Assembly: GCA_021851895.1 (NCBI GenBank) | Contig: JAJZQJ010000001.1 | Location: forward strand, 135,338 to 199,337 | Reading direction: 5' to 3' | Source of the DNA: a bacterium | Lineage (GTDB): Bacteria > Patescibacteriota > Minisyncoccia > Phycocordibacterales > UBA6899 | DNA: 64,000 nucleotides | Part shown: positions 38,641-45,822 of the stretch, one piece after another | Layout: every line of letters begins with the position of its first letter | Numbering within the stretch: the stretch's first letter is position 1 | Notes under the pieces: generated by a model | What the model was told of the DNA's origin: nothing | Seen by the model: the letters and a program-made list of their open reading frames with translations, nothing else | Database searches by the model: none | Translations under genes and position numbers: made by a program

Positions 38641-38952
38641 CTAGGCCACCTGGGCCAGCAGGAGTGTGCGCTTGGGGGCACGACGATCATGCCGACGCCC
38701 GTGGCGGCGATGGTTGCACTCCTTGCAGGAGCTCGGCCGCGTGTAGCGGCTGAACTTCTCGGAGATGCGCACCTCGCCGTCCCCGAAGCGCTCGTCGCAC
38801 TTGCGCTTGCGCACCTTCGGCACCACCGCGTCGATGTGGTGTTCCGGGTGGTCGAAGTGCTCGAGGTGCTCGCAGCACTCTTTGCCGTCATCCATCATGA
38901 TGAGCGTGAGGCCAGCGAGCAGGGGGTGGACGTGCGCGGAAGAGATCGACAT
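38641..38952 (-). CDS. Cys/His-rich small protein with HNH-like motif (island gene D); start at the ATG giving MSISSAHVH
   Basis: CCEHLEHFDHPEHHIDAV ... SCKECNHRRH resembles an HNH/treble-clef zinc finger. GGAGA SD. Own consensus promoter at 39004-39031. Confidence 0.4.
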   Translation of the reverse strand: MSISSAHVHPLLAGLTLIMMDDGKECCEHLEHFDHPEHHIDAVVPKVRKRKCDERFGDGEVRISEKFSRYTRPSSCKECNHRRHGRRHDRRAPKRTLLLAQVA

Positions 38953-39003
38953 GATGTCTCCAAGAGGAGGGTTATAGTGGAAAGCCAAAGATCTGACAAA
39001 ATT

Positions 39004-39031
39004 ATTATATCACAGATATCATATTTGTCAA
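39004..39031 (-). promoter_or_regulatory. Near-consensus sigma-70 promoter (TTGACA-N16-TATAAT) for island gene D
   Basis: Minus-strand TTGACAAATATGATATCTGTGATATAAT. Confidence 0.6.
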
Positions 39032-39102
39032 TAACTCAAATGTTCTTGAATTTTAAGCATTTCATGCTGTATGGTCTTCCCTATTCCTGCTATACTAGTC
39101 TT

Positions 39103-39381
39103 ATGCAGGATTATGCACCAACAGGCTTACCGACGCTTTCAATACCAGACTTCGGTCTACCGAACCTCGGGATGGGGATTTCGAGCGAAATGCTCTCCAT
39201 CTTCTTTTTCATCGTTATCGTCTTTACCCTCATCTATACGATTCTTCTTTTCAATCAATGGAGGAAGTACTCCCCTAGCCCGCTACGTGCCTTCAAATAC
39301 GCCGCGATCTATCTGATCGGCACCATCGGAATCATCCTCGCACTACTTTCACTTCTTCCTCTCTATGCGGGGAGCCTCTGA
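39103..39381 (+). CDS. Small (92 aa) two-TM membrane protein
   Basis: ATG at 39103 preceded by a TATACT -10-like box. Two hydrophobic helices. The upstream part of predicted ORF 38689..39381 is antisense shadow of the GC-rich island. Confidence 0.4.
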   Translation: MQDYAPTGLPTLSIPDFGLPNLGMGISSEMLSIFFFIVIVFTLIYTILLFNQWRKYSPSPLRAFKYAAIYLIGTIGIILALLSLLPLYAGSL

Positions 39382-39408
39382 TGAAATTATCCTCTTCTCA
39401 CAATCATC

Positions 39409-39948
39409 ATGTCCATCGTTGAACTCACACCGGACGAAACCATTCTCCGTATCGTCCATAGGCACATTTATTCATTTGTCGACGACATGTTCGGCATATT
39501 GCTCTTTTTCGCTCTACCGCTCATCTTTGCGGTGCTTATGATCTATTTCGTGCCGACATCGATTCAGCAATCGATATTCCAAGGCAATCCGAATATCGGC
39601 ATCATCTTCATCGCACTCACTGGAGCACTCGTCGCTTGGATGTACGCTTGGTGGCGGTGGACGGACTATTTCCTCAATGTCATCGTCATTAGCAACGAGC
39701 GTATATACGAGATCAAGCAACGCGGATTCTTCCGTCGTGAAGTTGGCTCATTTGGACTCGACCGAATCCAAAACATAACGACGACACAAAAAGGCGTCAT
39801 CGCAACCATGTTCAATTTCGGTGATCTCTATATTGAGACTGCGGGAGAGAACGAAAACCTCAATATGCTCACCATTCCAAATCCAAGCGAACTCAAACAA
39901 TTCATCAATGAACTTCAAGACCACTTCAAAGCGACACGGAAACTCTAA
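39409..39948 (+). CDS. Membrane protein with bacterial PH domain (YdbS/YdbT-like, DUF304/bPH_2)
   Basis: Two N-terminal TM helices followed by VISNERIYEIKQRGFFRREVGSFGLDRIQNITTTQKGVIATMFNFGDLYIET, typical of DUF304. Confidence 0.55.
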   Translation: MSIVELTPDETILRIVHRHIYSFVDDMFGILLFFALPLIFAVLMIYFVPTSIQQSIFQGNPNIGIIFIALTGALVAWMYAWWRWTDYFLNVIVISNERIYEIKQRGFFRREVGSFGLDRIQNITTTQKGVIATMFNFGDLYIETAGENENLNMLTIPNPSELKQFINELQDHFKATRKL

Positions 39949-42088
39949 GCCAACGCATGCACCTCGAAAAGGTGCTCTGCATGATCAAGAAGATGCGAAA
40001 AGAAATCGCCCTTCCAAAGAGCGCAGAGCGCAGGCAAAACTGAGCCCAAGCAAAAAATTTCCCCCGAACCATCGCGTCGAGGGCACTCTTCGTATAACCG
40101 GAAAAGGTCTCGGTCTCGTTGCCGTCGATGGAATGGAAGATATGATCGAGATCGATCAGAATGATCTACATACTGCACTCGACGGAGATCGCGTCGAGGT
40201 ACTGCTCTATGGTAAGGCCGCGGGAAGGCGACCGACAGGAACGATAACGAATATCCTCCTACGACTGAAGCTAAGTTTCGCAGGTACGATCGACATCCTC
40301 GGAAGGGCACATTTTCTCATTCCTGATGACACAAGGATGTATAAACCCATCTTCATTCCAGAAGAGTCTCTTGCAGGAGCAAAAAAGGGAGACAAGGTAT
40401 TCGGAGAGATCACGAGGTGGACCGACGCAATAAAAGACCCTCTCGGTAAAGTATTACGCATACTCGGCAAACCAGGAGAGAACGATGCGGAAATGTATGC
40501 GATCATCCTCGAAAAGGGATTCTCCCCCGACCATCCGAAGGAAGTCATTGAGGCCGCGGAAGCATTCGATGGGGTCATCTCCAGCGAAGAGATCGCAAAG
40601 CGCAGAGATTTTAGAGGTGTACTCACGATGACCATCGATCCATGGGATGCAAAGGACTTCGATGATGCACTTTCCATAAGGATGCTTCCCGATGGAAATG
40701 TGGAAGTGGGCATACACATCGCAGATGTCTCGCACTATGTCACCCCAGGGAGCACGATCGACCAGGAGGCGATCGCAAGAGCAACGAGTATATATCTCGT
40801 TGACAGAACCATCCCTATGCTCCCCGAGCGCCTCAGCAATGATCTTTGCTCGCTCGTCCCAAATAAGGATCGACTCACGATGAGCGCAGTATTTGTTCTC
40901 GATAAGCATGCGTCCATCGTCTCTGAATGGTTTGGAAAGACGATCGTCCACAGCAAACGACGATTCTCCTACGAGGAGGCGCAGGAGGTCATTGATTCCG
41001 GAAATGGTGACCATGCTGCAGAACTTGCCGTACTGAATCAACTCGCAATCATCCTTCGAGAGGAGCGCACCAGAGATGGATCCATCGCTTTCGAAGCAGA
41101 GGAAGTCAAATTCAAACTCGATGATGCAGGGAGACCATTGTCGGTTTACGTAAAGGAGATGCGTGATGCGAATAAGCTCATTGAGGAGTTCATGCTCCTT
41201 GCAAACAAGCGTGTTGCGACATATCTCGCACAAAAGGATCCGCGCACGGAAAAGGCCTTCATTTACCGTGTGCACGATGTCCCGAATGAAGAGCGCATGC
41301 AAGATCTCTCTGAGTTCTTGCAATCACTTGGTATCCCTTTCAACCGCTCGCGCAAGACGGGAAACTGGGACTCTCGCGATATCAACAAGATGCTCCTTTC
41401 GATAAAAGGACGCGCGGAATCCGCGATGATACAAATGGCGACCGTTCGTGCTATGGCAAAAGCGATCTACACTACGAAGAATATCGGCCATTATGGTCTC
41501 GGTTTCGAATACTATACCCATTTCACCTCACCCATAAGACGTTACCCCGACCTCATGGTGCATCGTCTCCTCCATGCGGAACTTAATGGACGCACCATCA
41601 AAGATGCTGACCTAAAACGCCAAGAGGAACTTGCGCGCTATTGTTCCCAAATGGAGAAGGATGCAACAGATGCCGAACGATCATCGATACGACTGAAGCA
41701 GTGTGAATATTTCGCCGTGCGCATCGGAACAGCGATCGAGGGTACGATAAGTGGTGTAACCGAATGGGGCCTCTACGTCGAAGATAACCTCACGAAAGCG
41801 GAAGGAATGATACACATCCGAGACCTCCCTAATGATTTCTTCTTCTTTGAAGAGAAGAAATACAGACTCGTCGGTAAGAATAGTGGTGTGGCCTTCAGGC
41901 TTGGCGATCACGTACGCGCAGAGATCACCGCAGTCGACATGAAACGTAAACAATTGTCCATGAAACTACTTGGGCAACCTACGGCCTCGCGCGTAGAGCA
42001 GCGAGTGACACAGAGAGACCGCACAAAGACTGCACGAAACAAAAACCCGACACACAAGGAATTCCCGCAAAGAAAAAAGAGGCGCTAG
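39908..42088 (+). CDS. rnr: Ribonuclease R (RNB-family 3'-5' exoribonuclease); start uncertain (ORF opens at 39821 and overlaps the previous gene)
   Basis: N-terminal cold-shock-like regions; RNB catalytic domain (WDAKDFDDALSI, IADVSHYV, LVDRTIPMLPERLSNDLCSLVP, GHYGLGFEYYTHFTSPIRRYPDLMVHR); C-terminal S1 domain and basic tail. Confidence 0.8.
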   Translation: MNFKTTSKRHGNSKPTHAPRKGALHDQEDAKRNRPSKERRAQAKLSPSKKFPPNHRVEGTLRITGKGLGLVAVDGMEDMIEIDQNDLHTALDGDRVEVLLYGKAAGRRPTGTITNILLRLKLSFAGTIDILGRAHFLIPDDTRMYKPIFIPEESLAGAKKGDKVFGEITRWTDAIKDPLGKVLRILGKPGENDAEMYAIILEKGFSPDHPKEVIEAAEAFDGVISSEEIAKRRDFRGVLTMTIDPWDAKDFDDALSIRMLPDGNVEVGIHIADVSHYVTPGSTIDQEAIARATSIYLVDRTIPMLPERLSNDLCSLVPNKDRLTMSAVFVLDKHASIVSEWFGKTIVHSKRRFSYEEAQEVIDSGNGDHAAELAVLNQLAIILREERTRDGSIAFEAEEVKFKLDDAGRPLSVYVKEMRDANKLIEEFMLLANKRVATYLAQKDPRTEKAFIYRVHDVPNEERMQDLSEFLQSLGIPFNRSRKTGNWDSRDINKMLLSIKGRAESAMIQMATVRAMAKAIYTTKNIGHYGLGFEYYTHFTSPIRRYPDLMVHRLLHAELNGRTIKDADLKRQEELARYCSQMEKDATDAERSSIRLKQCEYFAVRIGTAIEGTISGVTEWGLYVEDNLTKAEGMIHIRDLPNDFFFFEEKKYRLVGKNSGVAFRLGDHVRAEITAVDMKRKQLSMKLLGQPTASRVEQRVTQRDRTKTARNKNPTHKEFPQRKKRR

Positions 42089-42098
42089 CCTCTTTTTT
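42074..42098. terminator. Bidirectional terminator
   Basis: AAAAAGAGGCGCTAGCCTCTTTTTT. Confidence 0.7.
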
Positions 42099-42477
42099 AT
42101 TTCATCTCATGACCCGTGCAATTTGGAGTACATGCAACACAATGATCGCATACCATTGCCATCTTTTCATCCTTCTCATGACCGGTGCAACCACCTGCCA
42201 TACATTTATCGCAGTGATCACACTCGCTCTCACCACGTGCAAACATGCACTTACCGCAAGGACAACCAAAGAGCTTATAAAGGGCAGCGATACCAACGAT
42301 GAGATACACGGTCGCAGGAAGCATTGGCCATGCCCCCAAGAACAGCATCACCGGATCAAGCTCAAGACCCATGAAAATGCCGAGACCACGAAGACCGTGC
42401 ACTAGGGCGCCGATAATGATGAGCCACCAGGCGATCTTGCCGCCGAGGCAACCCTCCCCCTTCTTTTTGTCGTACAT
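42097..42477 (-). CDS. DUF378-family membrane protein fused to a Cys/His-rich (putative metal-binding) C-terminal tail
   Basis: N-terminal IAWWLIIIGALVHGLRGLGIF... matches the DUF378 pattern; C-terminal 50 aa contains 13 Cys and 5 His (CPCGKC...CDHCDKC...GCTGHEK...CDHCVACTPNCTGHE). Confidence 0.55.
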   Translation of the reverse strand: MYDKKKGEGCLGGKIAWWLIIIGALVHGLRGLGIFMGLELDPVMLFLGAWPMLPATVYLIVGIAALYKLFGCPCGKCMFARGESECDHCDKCMAGGCTGHEKDEKMAMVCDHCVACTPNCTGHEMK

Positions 42478-42610
42478 AATTGCTTATAGTTACTATTATA
42501 TATATAGTATAACACGCGATAGTGCACTTTTGTGTGTACTATGCACAACACGGATTTATCCACAGGTAACCCTTTACCGATCTTCATTATGGGTATATAT
42601 TCATAATATG

Positions 42611-42883
42611 GTACGACCAAAATGTGAAAAAATCGTCAAGTTCAAGGGCTCTATCCATTCCCTTCTCCCCTCTTGTCCGATACGACAGAAAGAGCCATTC
42701 ATTGAACTTCTCCCAGAAGAACTCGAGGCATTGCGCCTTGCCGATAGCCAAGGACTCACTCAGGTCGTATCAGCAAAACATATGGGCATCTCTCAAAGCA
42801 CGTTTCAACGGTTGCTCGAGAATGCTCGTAAAAAGACCGCGACCGCTCTTGTCGAGGGCCGAGGTATTAATCTTTTAACTTAA
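42611..42883 (+). CDS. DUF134/UPF0251-family putative DNA-binding protein
   Basis: MVRPKCEKIVKF...ELLPEELEALRLADSQGLTQVVSAKHMGISQSTFQRLLENARKKTATALVEG matches the DUF134 consensus (N-terminal Cys pair plus sigma-70 region-4-like HTH). An ATG at 42611 with a TATAAT-like box upstream is preferred over the long ORF 42299..42883. Confidence 0.6.
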   Translation, partial: VRPKCEKIVKFKGSIHSLLPSCPIRQKEPFIELLPEELEALRLADSQGLTQVVSAKHMGISQSTFQRLLENARKKTATALVEGRGINLLT

Positions 42884-42887
42884 AATC

Positions 42888-43508
42888 ATGTCATTTCTTA
42901 CACAACTCGAACGTCGTTATGCGACGAAGAAGTTTGACCCAAAGAATCCCATCTCAAAAGAACAGTTCGATGAGGTGCTTCGTGCGATCCGCATGGCACC
43001 GACCTCACTCGGCTTACAGCCATTCCATGTAACTGTAGTAACAAACATGGATACAAGGCAGAAGCTCGCGGAAAACGGATGGAATCAGCCACAGTTCACT
43101 ACTGCAGATTACGTACTCGTTTTTTCTGCGCGCACTGATGTACTTGAGCGCGGCAAGAAGTTCACAACGGACATGCTCGCACACGGCGCACCATCGGAAA
43201 AGATGACTGCATTTACAAACATGGTGACCGGTCTCGACGGAGGTTTTACTTCCGCTGAGCAGCGCATTGCATGGGCAAAATACCAAGCATATATCGCCCT
43301 CGGCTTTGGACTCGCAGCAGCTGCAGAGCTCGGCATAGACTCTTGCCCCATGGAAGGATTCGATCGTGACGCTTTCAAGAAAATACTCGGTCTTCCTGAA
43401 CACTTCTACCCTGCAGCGGTTCTCGCGCTTGGAAACCACGCAGCGGACGATGTTGCATATCCAAAATATCGCTTCGAAGAATCAGATCTCTTCGACGCCA
43501 TCGCATAA
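42888..43508 (+). CDS. Nitroreductase-family NAD(P)H-flavin oxidoreductase
   Basis: RYATKKFDP...LRAIRMAPTSLGLQPFHVTVV and C-terminal LALGN... are typical of the nitroreductase fold. Confidence 0.7.
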   Translation: MSFLTQLERRYATKKFDPKNPISKEQFDEVLRAIRMAPTSLGLQPFHVTVVTNMDTRQKLAENGWNQPQFTTADYVLVFSARTDVLERGKKFTTDMLAHGAPSEKMTAFTNMVTGLDGGFTSAEQRIAWAKYQAYIALGFGLAAAAELGIDSCPMEGFDRDAFKKILGLPEHFYPAAVLALGNHAADDVAYPKYRFEESDLFDAIA

Positions 43509-43531
43509 AAACGCCACTTCCTGGCGTTTTT
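43507..43531. terminator. Bidirectional terminator
   Basis: AAAACGCCACTTCCTGGCGTTTT. Confidence 0.7.
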
Positions 43532-44084
43532 ATAATGTATGCGTGTGTGTATGTAATGCTGCACGGAGTCGCGCATAATCGGGGATCTGCTGTGCGACGA
43601 GACTCCAGAAACGGGCGGAGTGATTGAACTCTCCAAGGTGGCAGAGCTCGTGAACGATCACATAATCTGCGATCTCGGGAGGCAATAAAATAATACGATA
43701 ATTGAAATTCAGATTTCCTTTTCGTGAACATGATCCCCAGCGCGTATGTTGATCGCGAACACTGACACGATGGAAAACATATCCATAGTGTCGATTAAAA
43801 TACTCGACGCGTTCTTTCACAAAAGATAATGCTTTTTCCTTATTGGCGATAAATCGATCTCTTCCTTCTTTTTTTGAAAGTTTTCTCGGTACATGCTCCA
43901 TGCGCTCGATCTCATGGGCAACCCAAACACGCTTCTCTCGCAAAAATCGCTCGATCAGATAAACCGGGAGTAATTTCGGTGCACTCACGCGAACAATTCC
44001 ACCCGGATACACAGAAATTCGAATATGCCGTGCATTTTTGCGACGGAAGAGACGATAAGGAAACGGTATCGAGGGATTGACCAT
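43530..44084 (-). CDS. YgjP-like metal-dependent hydrolase (DUF45/M48-like; HExxH)
   Basis: RWGSCSRKGNLNFNYRIILLPPEIADYVIVHELCHLGEFNHSARFW. Confidence 0.7.
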   Translation of the reverse strand: MVNPSIPFPYRLFRRKNARHIRISVYPGGIVRVSAPKLLPVYLIERFLREKRVWVAHEIERMEHVPRKLSKKEGRDRFIANKEKALSFVKERVEYFNRHYGYVFHRVSVRDQHTRWGSCSRKGNLNFNYRIILLPPEIADYVIVHELCHLGEFNHSARFWSLVAQQIPDYARLRAALHTHTHTL

Positions 44085-44123
44085 ATCAAAATCATAGCAT
44101 GAGAAAACTCGCCGAAGCGAGTT

Positions 44124-44648
44124 TTATTGAATTACGGTAGTTGCGGTTCCGGAAGCAGCTACAGGAACGACATCTTGCACACCAACAGTAGACGATGATA
44201 CAACAGGAGCCGGAGCAGTAGACGTAGTCGTCACCGTCTGTTCTACTGGCCCGGGAGAAACTGGAAGGGTCTCGCTCGAAGTTGCCAAAACAGGCTTCAC
44301 TGATGCCGATGGCGCAGAGAGTGAGGGCATGAGAAAACGCACGTAAAGGAATATCGCTGCAGCGGCCACGACAATAATACCGAAAATTAAAGCAATGATC
44401 GTACCTATGGGTGCGTGCTTTGTTATTTCTGGTTGTGTAACGGGTCCAGCCTGCCCCTTTCCATCCGGCTTTATGACGACCTCTGGTTCCTTCTTCGGAG
44501 ATGGGACCATCTTCTCGGTCAACTTCATTCCCTTTTCTACATCAACCTCTTCCCATCCTGCATGAAGCAAAGCATTCCTTATATTTGCGGTGCTCGCACC
44601 ATGAACGCGCTGATGCATAATATAATCGATCAATTCTTGTTGTGCCAT
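44124..44648 (-). CDS. Membrane protein with conserved N-terminal ELIDYI..QR..GAS domain, TM helix and Ser/Thr/Val-rich extracellular tail (paralog 1)
   Basis: MAQQELIDYIMHQRVHGASTANIRNALLHAGWEEVDVEKG is about 60% identical to the N-terminus of 44751..45710. Palindrome CGTCGAA-GT-TTCGACG in the 5' leader. Confidence 0.45.
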   Translation of the reverse strand: MAQQELIDYIMHQRVHGASTANIRNALLHAGWEEVDVEKGMKLTEKMVPSPKKEPEVVIKPDGKGQAGPVTQPEITKHAPIGTIIALIFGIIVVAAAAIFLYVRFLMPSLSAPSASVKPVLATSSETLPVSPGPVEQTVTTTSTAPAPVVSSSTVGVQDVVPVAASGTATTVIQ

Positions 44649-44750
44649 ATATTGAGATGCTTCTTATCGTCGAAACTTCGACGTACATGTATATAAGTAT
44701 ATCAGGAGAGCGCATGGACGGCAAAAAAAGACCAGCAAAGGTCTTTTTTC

Positions 44751-45710
44751 TTATTGTGTCACCGCTGACGTCGTCCCCATATCAGATGTCGAAGAAGCAG
44801 CTTCGGTAGTGGACGTTGCTTCTGACGAAGATGCTGCTGTATCTTGCTGCGGCATCGACGATGGGAAGACGATAGGTACCATCGTATTATCAGACGTTGT
44901 CGCCGTGTCTGGACTTACTCCGGTCGATACATTATCAGGCACAACGATCACATCGTTCACGACGGGAACATCGGCTGCGGGAACAGGAGCTGGAACTGCG
45001 GCACTTTTTACATATTTCCAATACGCATATGCACCCCCTCCTACAACCAAAAGTAAACCAAGTATGATAAATATGATCTTCAGTGATGAGCCATGCTCTT
45101 TCTTTTCGATTGGCATAGCTGCTGGCGCAGCAGTGGACATTGTCTGCATAGGCTCCGGTTGCGCACTTTGCATCGTCGAGATAGGCGAAGCTGGCATTGG
45201 GGCCACCACAGAAGATGCCTTCATGTCGTTGATATTCGGCATAACCATCGATACTGGTGGATGCACAATTCCAAGAGGTGTGGTTCCCTGATTCACAACA
45301 GGAGTTTTCCCTAATGCTGCTGCAGCAGAAAAGACAGGGGCCTGCAAAGATGCTGCGGGAGTATTTTCACTTTGAGCTACTGCGGGCATGTCCATCTTCG
45401 TAACAAAAGCCTCATTCGTCGTCATTGTGGCTTGAGGAGCGACAGCCTCCATCTGCTTCACTTCAGGTGACGCCTGAGGAGCAACTTGTGCTACAGGCGT
45501 AGCGGGAATCTCTTGCGACTGTACATTTGAAAATACCGGTGCGGTGGGCACATACTCAGCGACCTCTGGAGCTGGGGCAGTCGCCGCAATACCCTGTTCA
45601 ACGTCCTGTGCATCCCAACCTGCCTTCAATAAGGCTTCCTTTATATTCTCTCCACTTGCACCAAATGCACGCTGACGATTTATATAATCTATGAGTTCTT
45701 GATTTGCCAT
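44751..45710 (-). CDS. Paralog 2 of the ELIDYI-domain membrane protein family (longer low-complexity region)
   Basis: MANQELIDYINRQRAFGASGENIKEALLKAGWDAQDVEQG; TM helix LKIIFIILGLLLVVGGGAYAYW. Upstream pair of CGATCG palindromes. Confidence 0.45.
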   Translation of the reverse strand: MANQELIDYINRQRAFGASGENIKEALLKAGWDAQDVEQGIAATAPAPEVAEYVPTAPVFSNVQSQEIPATPVAQVAPQASPEVKQMEAVAPQATMTTNEAFVTKMDMPAVAQSENTPAASLQAPVFSAAAALGKTPVVNQGTTPLGIVHPPVSMVMPNINDMKASSVVAPMPASPISTMQSAQPEPMQTMSTAAPAAMPIEKKEHGSSLKIIFIILGLLLVVGGGAYAYWKYVKSAAVPAPVPAADVPVVNDVIVVPDNVSTGVSPDTATTSDNTMVPIVFPSSMPQQDTAASSSEATSTTEAASSTSDMGTTSAVTQ

Positions 45711-45822
45711 AATGAGTGTCCGTCGATCGCGTGATAATGACGATCGATTTCAATATAATTAGTATAGCAGAGAAAACAGTCAGGCATAGTGAGTTATGAA
45801 CAAAAACCGGCAATGCCGGTTT

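Larger units (their letters stand above)
36960..39060 (-). other. Compositionally atypical GC-rich island (about 63% GC against about 50% in flanks): four co-oriented small genes, two consensus sigma-70 promoters, two terminators
   Basis: Abrupt GC shift near 37,000 and 39,000. Strong SD before each gene. TTGACA-N16-TATAAT promoters at 38561-38588 and 39004-39031. Hairpin terminators at 36978-37016 and 38586-38620. Confidence 0.5.

Noticed and set aside
37012-39100. Plus-strand ORFs in the GC-rich island (37012..37431, 37005..37373, 38113..38517, 38689..39381 5' part)
   Set aside because: High GC keeps all frames open. Only the minus-strand genes have Shine-Dalgarno sites, consensus promoters and terminators. 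Only the 3' part of 38689..39381 (from ATG 39103) lies outside the island and is kept.
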